64,000 bases of DNA from Methylotenera sp. (GCA_046594885.1 JBKJRD010000014.1:9901-73900), one strand, 5' to 3'. Positions 24,182 through 33,511 are shown, counted from the stretch's first letter. Notes: generated by a model not told the origin, from the letters alone. Numbers and translations: made by a program.

Positions 24182-24207
24182 AACCCGCCTAAGAGCGGGT
24201 TTTTTAT
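24182..24207 (+). terminator. Intrinsic terminator after tRNA-Lys
   Basis: AACCCGC-ctaaga-GCGGGTT followed by a T tract. Confidence 0.8.
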
Positions 24208-24243
24208 TGCCTGTGACTTTTGAAGATTTGAGCCAGAGCTTGA

Positions 24244-24275
24244 GACTCATAATCCGTTGGTACTGTGTTCAACTC
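24244..24275 (+). pseudogene. Degenerate fragment of a CAT-anticodon tRNA (Met/Ile2 type), anticodon arm to T arm
   Basis: GACTCATAATCCGTTGGT-ACTGTGTTCAACTC resembles the anticodon loop (CTCATAA), variable loop and T arm; no acceptor or CCA end; followed by a hairpin and T tract. Confidence 0.6.
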
Positions 24276-24337
24276 GTAGAGAAAAGACGACTTAGGGAGA
24301 AATCTCTAGGTCGTTTTTGTATATGAGTGATGCATAT

Positions 24338-24381
24338 TGAAAATCCGCGTGTCGCAGGTTAGATTCCCACTCCAGCCACCA
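24338..24381 (+). pseudogene. Degenerate 3' half of tRNA-Phe (GAA)
   Basis: TGAAAATCCGCGTGTCGCAGGTTAGATTCCCACTCCAGCCACCA: anticodon loop, T-arm-like segment and CCA end, with no 5' half. Confidence 0.7.
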
Positions 24382-24499
24382 GTATTTAAAAGCCTACAGA
24401 AATATGGGTTTTTTCTCATTTTGGGGTGAAAGAAATTATAATGCAGTCATCAAACCTAGTGTTTGGAATCGAAGCCAATAAACATTTTATAGGATTTAA

Positions 24500-25033
24500 A
24501 TGAAAAGCATTATTTACCTACTTGCCATCCTAATATGTCTCAATTCAATCAGCGTAGGGGCTTCAACAAAAATTGCGCTTGAAAACAAGCGTCATTCTAA
24601 TGCCCAAAAATCATCACAATTTGTCCCAGTTTATCGAATTGAAATTGGTTACCCTAGCGTTACCATGGCAATTAATGCAGTGAAAGAGCGCAAAGATACA
24701 ATAATAAAAGTTAACAACAAGCCCTTTGGTTGGCAAGAGCGCACTGGGCCGTGGTATGTTGTTAAAGAAGGTCAGCATATTGAATGGGCGTTTACCGAAG
24801 GCGGGCATTACGCACACCCTAGTGTGATTAAACGAATCATAGACGTTGGATCAAAAAGTCACGTGAGTGTGGATATGGCTTTTAAATGTGAAGCTCCACG
24901 CAAAGATGACTGTTATAAATTGTTAGGCGAGTTTAAAGAAGTTAAAACACTTATCTTTAATGTCTACAGAAAGAAATTTATCACACACCCAAATGCAGTG
25001 TCGATATGGAAAGGCGTTGATAGCTTAGAATAA
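24500..25033 (+). CDS. Hypothetical secreted protein, the only cargo of the tRNA-Lys islet
   Basis: 177-aa ORF with an N-terminal signal-like segment; AT-rich. Confidence 0.6.
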   Translation: MKSIIYLLAILICLNSISVGASTKIALENKRHSNAQKSSQFVPVYRIEIGYPSVTMAINAVKERKDTIIKVNNKPFGWQERTGPWYVVKEGQHIEWAFTEGGHYAHPSVIKRIIDVGSKSHVSVDMAFKCEAPRKDDCYKLLGEFKEVKTLIFNVYRKKFITHPNAVSIWKGVDSLE

Positions 25034-25168
25034 ATTATCAACTGATTTCTTAATGGGAGAGCTAAAAGTAGATTCTAGCAACACTAAGAAATGGACAATT
25101 TATGATTTTTAACACCTGCTTTAAATTGAGTAAATTCTTCAAATATGATTAAACGTGACAATATTGAC

Positions 25169-25228
25169 GAGAATTAGTGAGAATTAGCGAATAAGGGCGG
25201 ATTTATTTCTATAATAATCAATAGGTTA
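25169..25228 (+). promoter_or_regulatory. att-arm-like region: tandem GAGAATTAG repeats and an IHF consensus site
   Basis: GAGAATTAG at 25169-25177 and 25179-25187; AATCAA-TAGG-TTA at 25216-25228 matches WATCAANNNNTTR; lies just upstream of the tRNA-Lys repeat. Confidence 0.55.
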
Positions 25229-25235
25229 AATCAAA

Positions 25236-25282
25236 TTTTAATCTGCTTTTCGTGGGTTCGATCCCCGCACGCCCTACCAATT
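25236..25282 (+). repeat. Second copy of the tRNA-Lys 3' half (attR-like)
   Basis: TTTTAATC-tgcttt-TCGTGGGTTCGATCCCCGCACGCCCTACCAATT, followed by a terminator-like hairpin at about 25311-25337. Confidence 0.9.
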
Positions 25283-25817
25283 TCAAGTTCTAGCAGATTC
25301 AAAAACGTATAAAAACCCACCACAGTGCGGGTTTTTTATCTTCTGTAGTTTCACTGATTTATCTAGACTTTACAGAGGATACAGCTTAAAGCCGCCTGTA
25401 TTACTCGTACAAAGGCTATCGAAAGATAAATCTCTAAGTTGTTCTAATTGTATTGCCTACAAATCATGCTATGCCATCCCCTTAATCACTTATTCACAAT
25501 AGTTTTTATAAGTGATGCCGAGCAGATACTTACGTAAATAATAAGAGCATAATGGGTCGTTGACAACACCTTGTGAAATATTCAAATGCAAATTCGCTGT
25601 GCGGAAATCTCATCATACCAATGCCAAAGTTTTAGCTCATGAAAGTAGAGAGCAATCATGAGAGCACATTAAGCAAAGTAAGTGATGTGGTGAACGCTTT
25701 ATGGGCTGTCCACTTTAGAAGCTTGAAGCCAACAGATGGCGTCCTTAGAATTTATGAAACCACTATTTGTGCCGCATACTTACTTTAATTCTAATATTGA
25801 TGCGCTAAGTTGGATTA

Positions 25818-28067
25818 ATGAATACCACTAAAAAACTCTGGCTATATTTAGCGATACTACTTGTCGCTTCTTTTACTGTCCTGCTTTGGGTGGGCTCAGA
25901 GGTCTACCGTCAAGCGCCTCCCATGCCTGAGAGAGTCATTAGCAGCAATGATAAAGTCATCTACACCCGTGCTGACATCGAGCAGGGACGCCAGGTATGG
26001 CAATCCATAGGCGGTATGCAGCTTGGGTCTATCTGGGGGCACGGCAGTTATGTTGCGCCCGACTGGAGTGCCGACTGGCTACACCGTGAGGCAATGGCGG
26101 TTCTTGATATTTGGGCGCAAAGCAATGCCGGCACCACCAGTTACCAGCAATTGTCCGCTGAACAACAGGCCTCGCTACGCGGGCGTCTTCAGATCAGAAT
26201 TCGCCAGAATACCTACGATGCAGATAGCCAGGTCATCACGCTCGACCATGATCGCACCGCCGCAATTCTCACAGTAGCCAGCCATTACCAGAGCCTGTTT
26301 GGCAACGATGCCGCAACGGCTGAACTGCGTGAAGCCTATGCCATGAAAAACAATACCGTGTCCAATGCAGAGCATCGCCATGCGTTGACGGCTTTTTTCT
26401 GGTGGACTTCCTGGGCCGCTGTGACCGAACGCCCAGGGAGTGCCATCAGCTATACCAGTAACTGGCCCGGAGAGCCGCTGGTTGGCAATAGCCCGCCATC
26501 CAGCACTTATGTCTGGTCTGCGTTCAGTGTTCTGTTTCTCATTGCTGGTATTGCATTGCTGGGCTGGCATCATGCAGTTTCGGAAGGGCGCCGACCTGAA
26601 ACCCACACACTACCTGACTCGGATCCGATGCGGTCGATCCGCATAACGCCTTCGATGCTGGCTACCGCCAAATATTTCTGGCTTTTGCTGGGCATGTTCT
26701 TGCTGCAGATATTATTGGGCAGCATCACTGCGCATTATCAGATTGAAGGCCAACATCAGTACGGATTTAATCTGTCGGATGTTTTACCGTATGCTCTGAC
26801 CCGCACCTGGCATACCCAGCTTGCCGTGTTGTGGATAGCGACTGCATGGCTGGCCACTGGTCTTTACATAGCGCCGGCAATTTCCGGGCATGAGCCAAGG
26901 TTTCAGCGCCTGGGCGTCAATGTACTTTGGGTTTGCCTGATCATCATTGTTGTCGGCGCCTTTACCGGGCAATGGTTCGCCGTCATGCAAAAAATGGGGC
27001 TGGAATATAACTTCTGGTTTGGTCATCAAGGCTGGGAATATTCGGATATGGGCCGTTTCTGGCAATGGTTTCTGTTCATCGGACTGGTTTTATGGCTGGT
27101 TCTGGTTGGCCGCGCGCTTTGGCCAGCGCTGCGTACCAGAAGTGAATCGCGATCCATCATTGCCTTGCTTATGCTATCCACCACTGCCATCGGCCTATTT
27201 TATGCGGCCGCCTTAATCTCAAATGAACATAGCCATCTATCAACCATTGAATATTGGCGATGGTGGTTGGTGCATCTTTGGGTTGAAGGGTTTTTTGAAG
27301 TTTTCGCCACGGCAGTGCTTGCGATCATTTTCACGCGTCTCGGCTTGTTGCCCATCAAGACGGCAACCATAGCGGTGCTGTTCGCCACCATTATTTTTAT
27401 GGCAGGCGGGGTGCTTGGCACATTACATCATCTTTATTTTAGCGGTACGCCCATGGCGGTACTCGCACTAGGTGCGAGTTTTTCTGCGCTTGAGGTGGTA
27501 CCGCTTGCGTATATTGGATTTGAGGCTTATCACCATTACAAAATAGGCATGGCAGTGCCCTGGATGCAGCGTTATCACTGGCCTGTGATGTTTTTCCTGG
27601 CGGTTTCCTTCTGGAATATTATTGGCGCTGGGCTATTGGGGTTTCTCATCAATCCGCCGCTTTCGCTTTACTATATGCAAGGCCTGAACCTGACACCTTT
27701 GCATGGCCATACCGCCTTGTTCGGCGTGTACGGCATGCTAGGCATTGGTCTCGTCCTGTTTTGTCTGCGCGGCCTCAAGCCCAATCTGATCTGGGACGAG
27801 CGTATCCTCAAGGTCAGCTTCTGGTCGTTCAATATCGGGCTGGCATTGATGGCTGTATTGACATTGCTGCCTATCGGCACACTGCAGCTTTTGGCGGCGC
27901 TGGATCACGGCTACTGGTATGCACGTTCGGCAGAATTTATGCAACAACCCTTAATAGAAACATTGGTATGGATGCGAGTGCCTGGGGATGTTATTTTTAG
28001 CATTGGGGCATTGGCTCTATGTTGGTTCTTTGTGGGTTTATGGGTTAAACCAAAGCACGAAGATTAG
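25818..28067 (+). CDS. norB: Quinol-dependent nitric oxide reductase (qNor, single long subunit)
   Basis: 749 aa; N-terminal GSIWGHGSYVAPDWSADWLH; ligand motifs RTWHTQL, WWLVHLWVEGFFE, GTLHHLYF and HGHTALFG. Confidence 0.95.
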   Translation: MNTTKKLWLYLAILLVASFTVLLWVGSEVYRQAPPMPERVISSNDKVIYTRADIEQGRQVWQSIGGMQLGSIWGHGSYVAPDWSADWLHREAMAVLDIWAQSNAGTTSYQQLSAEQQASLRGRLQIRIRQNTYDADSQVITLDHDRTAAILTVASHYQSLFGNDAATAELREAYAMKNNTVSNAEHRHALTAFFWWTSWAAVTERPGSAISYTSNWPGEPLVGNSPPSSTYVWSAFSVLFLIAGIALLGWHHAVSEGRRPETHTLPDSDPMRSIRITPSMLATAKYFWLLLGMFLLQILLGSITAHYQIEGQHQYGFNLSDVLPYALTRTWHTQLAVLWIATAWLATGLYIAPAISGHEPRFQRLGVNVLWVCLIIIVVGAFTGQWFAVMQKMGLEYNFWFGHQGWEYSDMGRFWQWFLFIGLVLWLVLVGRALWPALRTRSESRSIIALLMLSTTAIGLFYAAALISNEHSHLSTIEYWRWWLVHLWVEGFFEVFATAVLAIIFTRLGLLPIKTATIAVLFATIIFMAGGVLGTLHHLYFSGTPMAVLALGASFSALEVVPLAYIGFEAYHHYKIGMAVPWMQRYHWPVMFFLAVSFWNIIGAGLLGFLINPPLSLYYMQGLNLTPLHGHTALFGVYGMLGIGLVLFCLRGLKPNLIWDERILKVSFWSFNIGLALMAVLTLLPIGTLQLLAALDHGYWYARSAEFMQQPLIETLVWMRVPGDVIFSIGALALCWFFVGLWVKPKHED

Positions 28068-28258
28068 ATTAATCTAGAACATACAAGCAACCGGCTCCAA
28101 TGCGGGATTTTTCATCGTGATACTATAAGTTGATGCAATATTTTGCTTAAGTCGCAGAAGGCTTTATTTGGTGTCAGGCATGACTAGTTGTGATTAAATA
28201 CAAGTTGGCGTGATGCAAGCCAATGATTGAACAGCCAATGCTGATATAAGCAGACTTT

Positions 28259-29035
28259 ATGATGATACTTAACCATCAAATTTACCCAATTTTTTTATCT
28301 TTACTACTTTTTTTTTCTGTGAGTGTAAACGCTGCTGAGGCAAATCAAAAAGTAGTTATTTTTGCCGCAGCCAGCTTAACAGATGCGATTAATGCAATCG
28401 CGGATAGTTATGAAAAGCAAAATAATATTGAAATTCAAACTTCATTTGCCGCTTCATCAACGCTGGCTAAACAAATAGAAAACGGCGCACCTGCTGATAT
28501 TTTTATTTCGGCAGACACAAAGTGGATGCAGTATTTAACAGATAAAAATGTGTTAAGTAATACACCTATAATCAATTTGTTGGGTAATCATCTGGTTTTA
28601 ATCGCCCCCAAAGGGCGCGGTTTTAAAGTTAACATGCAAAAATCATTCAATTTTGCGGGCGCCTTTCAAGGTAAGCTTTGTACGGGTGAAACAGAATCGG
28701 TGCCAGTGGGTATTTACGCAAAACAGGCGCTTCAAACTTTGGGTTGGTGGGCTGCAATTAAATCGCGAATGGTGGGTACGCAAGATGTGCGGGCGGCTTT
28801 GGTATTGGTGGAGCGTGGCGAGTGCGCGGCAGGCATTGTTTATAAGACAGATGCTAAAGTTTCAGCTAAAGTAGATATATTGTCGGTTTTTCCCAACAAT
28901 AGCCACGACCCTATTGTTTACCCTTTAAGTTTAACTAAACAATCCAATCCAAACGCAATACATTTTTATAGCTACTTAAAATCAAAACAAGCAAAAGCGA
29001 TTTTTATACAATATGGTTTTCATTTTTTAGAGTAG
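28259..29035 (+). CDS. modA: Molybdate ABC transporter substrate-binding protein
   Basis: Motifs FAAASL, AASSTLAKQIENGAPADIFISA, VPVGIYA and DVRAAL. Confidence 0.95.
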   Translation: MMILNHQIYPIFLSLLLFFSVSVNAAEANQKVVIFAAASLTDAINAIADSYEKQNNIEIQTSFAASSTLAKQIENGAPADIFISADTKWMQYLTDKNVLSNTPIINLLGNHLVLIAPKGRGFKVNMQKSFNFAGAFQGKLCTGETESVPVGIYAKQALQTLGWWAAIKSRMVGTQDVRAALVLVERGECAAGIVYKTDAKVSAKVDILSVFPNNSHDPIVYPLSLTKQSNPNAIHFYSYLKSKQAKAIFIQYGFHFLE

Positions 29036-29045
29036 TAATAAAGCC

Positions 29046-29756
29046 ATGCAAGCCTTTTTAAGTTTTACGCCAGCAGAATTAGCCATTGTCTGGCTCTCTG
29101 TCAAAGTGGCGCTGTTGTGTGTGCTGATTATTCTTATTCCCGGTATCGCGGTGTCATGGCTGTTGGCCAGAAAGTCTTTTTTTGGCAAATCGTTACTAGA
29201 TAGCTTGGTGCATTTGCCTTTGGTGTTGCCACCCGTTGTGCCTGGTTTTTTACTGCTTTTATTATTGGGTAATCAAGGGCTTATTGGCAAACATCTGCAT
29301 ACCTATTTTGGTTTTAGCCTTGCTTTCACCTGGATGGGCGCGGTGGTTGCCTCTGCGGTAATGGCGTTTCCATTAATGGTGCGCTCCACCCGCCTAGCCA
29401 TTTCACAGGTAGACCAACATCTAGAAATCGCCGCGCAATCGCTAGGCGCACATCCCTTAAAAGTATTTTTCACTATCACCTTGCCGCTGGCAATGCCAGG
29501 CGTTATTACCGGCTTGATATTGGCTTTTAGCCGCAGTTTGGGCGAGTTTGGCGCAACCATTACCTTTGTTGGTAATATTGAAAATGAAACGCGCACATTG
29601 CCGTTGGCCATTTACAGTTATACGCAAATCCCCAATGGTGATTGGCCCGCAATACGTTTGGTGATTTTAAGCATGCTGTTAGCGCTTGGTGCATTAATGT
29701 TGAGCGACCATCTAGAACGTAAAGCCAATCAAAAAATTGGCCGTGGGCATGACTAA
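29046..29756 (+). CDS. modB: Molybdate ABC transporter permease
   Basis: Motifs LPLVLPPVVPG, FSRSLGEFGATI and TRTLPLAIY. Confidence 0.95.
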   Translation: MQAFLSFTPAELAIVWLSVKVALLCVLIILIPGIAVSWLLARKSFFGKSLLDSLVHLPLVLPPVVPGFLLLLLLGNQGLIGKHLHTYFGFSLAFTWMGAVVASAVMAFPLMVRSTRLAISQVDQHLEIAAQSLGAHPLKVFFTITLPLAMPGVITGLILAFSRSLGEFGATITFVGNIENETRTLPLAIYSYTQIPNGDWPAIRLVILSMLLALGALMLSDHLERKANQKIGRGHD

Positions 29757-29789
29757 ATACTTAACACGACCATATGACTGAAATTCCAG

Positions 29790-30428
29790 ATGATTGAAAT
29801 TCAAGCCAAGCTGCAACGCAGCCATTTTAATCTGGATGTGTCATTACAAATAAATACGCGGGTGACGGCCATATTCGGCCCTTCTGGTTCTGGCAAAAGT
29901 ACAGTGCTCAACATGATTGCAGGTATTACGCTGCCTGATAGCGGACGTATTGTCATCGGCGGCGAATGTGTTTTTGACAGTCAATTAGGCATTAACAAAC
30001 CGATTCATCAACGCAAACTAGGCTTGGTATTTCAAGATGGCAGGCTGTTTCCGCACATGACTGTTGCGCAGAATCTGGCTTATGCGTATCAATTAAATGC
30101 CTCACATAAGCAAGCTATTAGCTTAACTGAGGTGCTTGATTTACTAGAATTGAGTGCGCTAAAACAACAATATCCGCGTCAACTATCTGGTGGCGAAAAA
30201 CAGCGTGTTGCTTTGGGGCGCGCGCTATTAAGTTCGCCAACATTATTGATGTTAGACGAGCCATTGGCCTCGCTAGATGAACAATTAAAAGCACAAATTC
30301 TGCCTTATCTAACATTGGTTGCTGAACATATTCAGATTCCGATGCTTTATGTCAGCCATAGCAAAGCCGAGATTTTGCAATTAACCGAGCATATTGTGTA
30401 TATTAAAGATGGCCAGATTGTGCGTTAA
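29790..30428 (+). CDS. modC: Molybdate ABC transporter ATP-binding protein (short form, no TOBE domain)
   Basis: Motifs GPSGSGKST, FQDGRLFPH, LSGGEKQRVA and MLDEP. Confidence 0.9.
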   Translation: MIEIQAKLQRSHFNLDVSLQINTRVTAIFGPSGSGKSTVLNMIAGITLPDSGRIVIGGECVFDSQLGINKPIHQRKLGLVFQDGRLFPHMTVAQNLAYAYQLNASHKQAISLTEVLDLLELSALKQQYPRQLSGGEKQRVALGRALLSSPTLLMLDEPLASLDEQLKAQILPYLTLVAEHIQIPMLYVSHSKAEILQLTEHIVYIKDGQIVR

Positions 30429-30474
30429 CTAGAGTATTGATAATTGCTTGCAAAGTTGAGTGATGATGCAGCTA

Positions 30475-30517
30475 TGTGCGATGACGTACAGAAAATGCAT
30501 CGCGTTTGCAATAGTGT
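30475..30517 (+). promoter_or_regulatory. Candidate Crp/Fnr-family site A plus -10 element, upstream of asmA
   Basis: TGTGCG-ATGA-CGTACA (30475-30490), 21 nt, TAGTGT (30512-30517). Confidence 0.7.
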
Positions 30518-30583
30518 TCAGTTTGTAAGCGGATACCACTTTATAAGCTTATGCCCACCAATATGACGCTTAGTCACTTGCTT

Positions 30584-30611
30584 TAGTCTGTTGCCCTAGT
30601 CTGTTGCCCTA
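30584..30611 (+). repeat. 13-bp tandem duplication (TAGTCTGTTGCCC x2) in the asmA leader
   Basis: Units at 30584-30596 and 30597-30609, then TA. Confidence 0.85.
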
Positions 30612-30694
30612 ATTTGATGCGCTAGTCTCATGCATTAGCTAGGGTCAAGCACCCAGTACAATTACTAAATAGTGCAATTACCAAATAAGGCAAT

Positions 30695-32752
30695 ATGAAT
30701 AATCGCACAAAATTATGGAATATGCTGGCTGTTTTAATTGCCGCTTTAATCATTGCAATTGCGCTGTGCGAGCGCGCTGGCTGGCCTTTTTTAGCCGCGC
30801 CACTTGAAAAACAACTTTCTAGTTTGCTTAAACGCGATATCAGTTTTGACAGTAAAAATAGTGTTAACTCAGTTGAAAAAACGGCTATTAAAAACGGCAG
30901 CGTTACACATTCCCCGCCTGAACCGCAAGCATTTCAAATCAGATTCTTGGGTGGATTAAGATTAAATACGGCAAATCTGCTTATTGCCAAGCCCACTTGG
31001 AGTACAAAGCCTTATTTTCTACAAGTGGAAAACCTTGCGCTTAAACTGCGCTACATCGATGTATGGCGCGCGTATTATGGGCAACCTATTCACATCAAAA
31101 GCTTACAGGCACAAAAACTAGAAGGCTATATCGAGCGCTTAGCTGATGGCCGTGCCTCATGGCAATTTAAAGATAAGCCAGATGACCCAGATAAGCCAAT
31201 TAAATTGCCGTCTTTTGATGAGTTGACTTTAATCAACGGCTTGCTGCACGTGAATGACGCGCCACTCAAAGCCAAAATCGAAGCCAAGTTGTCACTTGAA
31301 AATCGCACGCTTGAAAATGGCCATATAGATAATCAAACGGTTAAGCAAAAAAAATACGCAAAACTAGACACTAGATTGACAGCAACGGCAAATGGTCGTT
31401 ATCAAGACTTACCGTTGAAAATTGATCTGGTTAGTATTGGTGCGCTATCTGGGGCTGATACTTCAGCAGAGCTGCCTGTGGCGCTAAAGCTTAATGCAAG
31501 CATTGGCCGCGCGCATTTACGCTTTAAAGGTAAAACCAAAGACATTATGCAACTGGATTATTTTGTCGGTAGTTATACGCTAAAAGGCACATCGTTAGCT
31601 GCGGTTGGTGATTTATTTGGGGTAACGCTGCCGACAACGGCAGCATTTAATACCAATGGCAATATTGAAAAGCAAGACTTGCTGTGGCGCGTCAAGGTTA
31701 ATCATTTATTGATTGGCGATAGTGATTTAAATGGGCAATTCACCTATGATCGATCGCCTAAAACGCCATCGCTAAAAGGCAAGCTAGGTGGTAAAAAGTT
31801 AGTTATTACCGATTTAGGCCCAGCGTTTGGTGCAACGGCAAAGGCTAAAAATACAGGGAAAGTATTGCCAACACGTCCGTTTGATTTGGCTTCACTGCGT
31901 CGCATGAATGCTGACCTGCTGATTGATATTCAATACCTAGATTTAAAAACGCGCATATTACAACCGTTAAAGCCGCTGCAAGGCCATTTAAAATTAAACA
32001 ATGCGGTATTAACACTCAACAATATTTACGCGTCTACTGCCGATGGTTTGCTAAAAGGCGATATGCGCTTAGATGGGCGGGGTAATCAAGCATTGTGGGA
32101 TGCGGATTTACGCTGGAGTGGGGTGCGATTAGAGCGCTGGATTAAGCAGTCGCGCGAAAAAGGTTCTCCACCTTACATTGCCGGAAAACTGCATGGCAGC
32201 GCAAAATTAAAAGGCCAGGGTAAATCGACAGCAGCCATATTGGCTAGTTTAAGTGGCGATGTGCGTAGCGAATTGCAAGATGGTGCAGTTTCACATTTGG
32301 CGATAGAAGTGGCTGGTTTAGATTTAGCGCAATCTGTTGGCGTAATATTTAAAGGCGACGATGCGTTGCCCGTGCAATGTGCAATAGCCGATTTACATGC
32401 CCAAAAAGGCACGTTTACGCCAAAGGTATTGGTGGTGGACACAGAAGATACGACGCTGTGGGTAACTGGCTCTTTGTCTTTAGCAACAGAAACACTTAAT
32501 TTGCGTGCTGTGGCGCTACCCAAAGATTTTAGCCCATTAACGGTGCGCGTACCTGTCAATGTGACGGGGCCTTTTGCGCATCCACAGGTGTCGCTAGAGA
32601 AAAAACCAGTGGGTTTAAAATTGGCCGCTTCAGCTTTGTTGGCGCTGGTGAATCCGCTGGCCGCGGTGATCCCACTATTAGATAATGGCGATACTAAACT
32701 TGCCAAACAGCGCGCAAGCCGATGCGCGAGTTTGATGAAAAAGCCCACTTAA
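30695..32752 (+). CDS. AsmA family protein (YhjG-like)
   Basis: N-terminal TM anchor and long beta-rich body; C-terminal DFSPLTVRVPVNVTGPF and LVNPLAAVIPL. Confidence 0.85.
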   Translation: MNNRTKLWNMLAVLIAALIIAIALCERAGWPFLAAPLEKQLSSLLKRDISFDSKNSVNSVEKTAIKNGSVTHSPPEPQAFQIRFLGGLRLNTANLLIAKPTWSTKPYFLQVENLALKLRYIDVWRAYYGQPIHIKSLQAQKLEGYIERLADGRASWQFKDKPDDPDKPIKLPSFDELTLINGLLHVNDAPLKAKIEAKLSLENRTLENGHIDNQTVKQKKYAKLDTRLTATANGRYQDLPLKIDLVSIGALSGADTSAELPVALKLNASIGRAHLRFKGKTKDIMQLDYFVGSYTLKGTSLAAVGDLFGVTLPTTAAFNTNGNIEKQDLLWRVKVNHLLIGDSDLNGQFTYDRSPKTPSLKGKLGGKKLVITDLGPAFGATAKAKNTGKVLPTRPFDLASLRRMNADLLIDIQYLDLKTRILQPLKPLQGHLKLNNAVLTLNNIYASTADGLLKGDMRLDGRGNQALWDADLRWSGVRLERWIKQSREKGSPPYIAGKLHGSAKLKGQGKSTAAILASLSGDVRSELQDGAVSHLAIEVAGLDLAQSVGVIFKGDDALPVQCAIADLHAQKGTFTPKVLVVDTEDTTLWVTGSLSLATETLNLRAVALPKDFSPLTVRVPVNVTGPFAHPQVSLEKKPVGLKLAASALLALVNPLAAVIPLLDNGDTKLAKQRASRCASLMKKPT

Positions 32753-32857
32753 AACATATGGGCATCAAACTTAACCCTTAAATTCGCTTAAAAATCGCGC
32801 GCTAAACGCGCATATTAAACTAACTTAACCCTATTTTTTCCTCAAAAAAATAGCGGG

Positions 32858-33511
32858 TTATTTCACTACTAATCTTGCTTTCGCTGCGCTTTCAGCAGCA
32901 AAAATACTCAATTTTTTCAGTACATTATCCACTGCCAAATTCGCTGCATTGACGCCGCCAATCGGGTTGTCGCTGGCGGCCATTACTTTTTCGTCGAATT
33001 CTTGTGAATCGATTATTTTGCCTGTAGCACTATCAATCACAACCACACGTAACGTAAAGCGCACAACGCTGGGCTGTTGTTCAAACAGTTGCACCAAACG
33101 AATCACTTCTGCTTCTAATCTTAAATCGGTTTTAACGGCGCCTAATTTTGGAATCACAGCGCTAAATTGCCCTGAATTTTTAATTGCCGAAATCATCAGC
33201 GGTTGCAACATGTTCGCTGGCGTATCCACCCATTCATTGCGCGCAAAGTATTCTAGCTGATGCGGTGAACGCGTATACATCATGCGGCGCGTGTCATATC
33301 CAGCAGCAGCTGTGGGCGTGTTAACAATCAACGTAGGCAAGGTTTTATCAGTGGTTAAAAGTTTATTTTGTTGCGTGTTCGTTGACAATTCACTCAATGA
33401 GAAATAAGTGGTTTGCACCGATTGCTTCTTAAGTAAGCCCGAGCAAGCGGATATTGACGACAAAGCCAACAGCAAAAACAAAGTTAACCATTTATTTGAC
33501 ATCATATTCAT
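32858..33511 (-). CDS. ABC-type transport auxiliary lipoprotein (PqiC-like)
   Basis: Lipobox ISAC; motifs YDTRRMMY and EYFARNEWVDTP; last gene of the MCE operon. Confidence 0.85.
   Translation of the reverse strand: MNMMSNKWLTLFLLLALSSISACSGLLKKQSVQTTYFSLSELSTNTQQNKLLTTDKTLPTLIVNTPTAAAGYDTRRMMYTRSPHQLEYFARNEWVDTPANMLQPLMISAIKNSGQFSAVIPKLGAVKTDLRLEAEVIRLVQLFEQQPSVVRFTLRVVVIDSATGKIIDSQEFDEKVMAASDNPIGGVNAANLAVDNVLKKLSIFAAESAAKARLVVK

Larger units (their letters stand above)
24103..25282 (+). mobile_element. Relic islet bounded by att-like direct repeats of the tRNA-Lys 3' half (repeat period 1133 bp); no integrase
   Basis: 33-bp identical core at 24117-24149 and 25250-25282, extended by a matching TTTTAATC at 24103 and 25236. 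Confidence 0.8.

Noticed and set aside
25790-25817. TTGAT half-site upstream of norB as an FNR/DNR box
   Set aside because: The second half (ATCAA) is absent, and I found no convincing NsrR or sigma54 motif.
28110-28145. Possible ModE operator upstream of modA (ATCGTGATACTATAAG...)
   Set aside because: Only a weak partial match to the ModE consensus, and no modE is present in the window.
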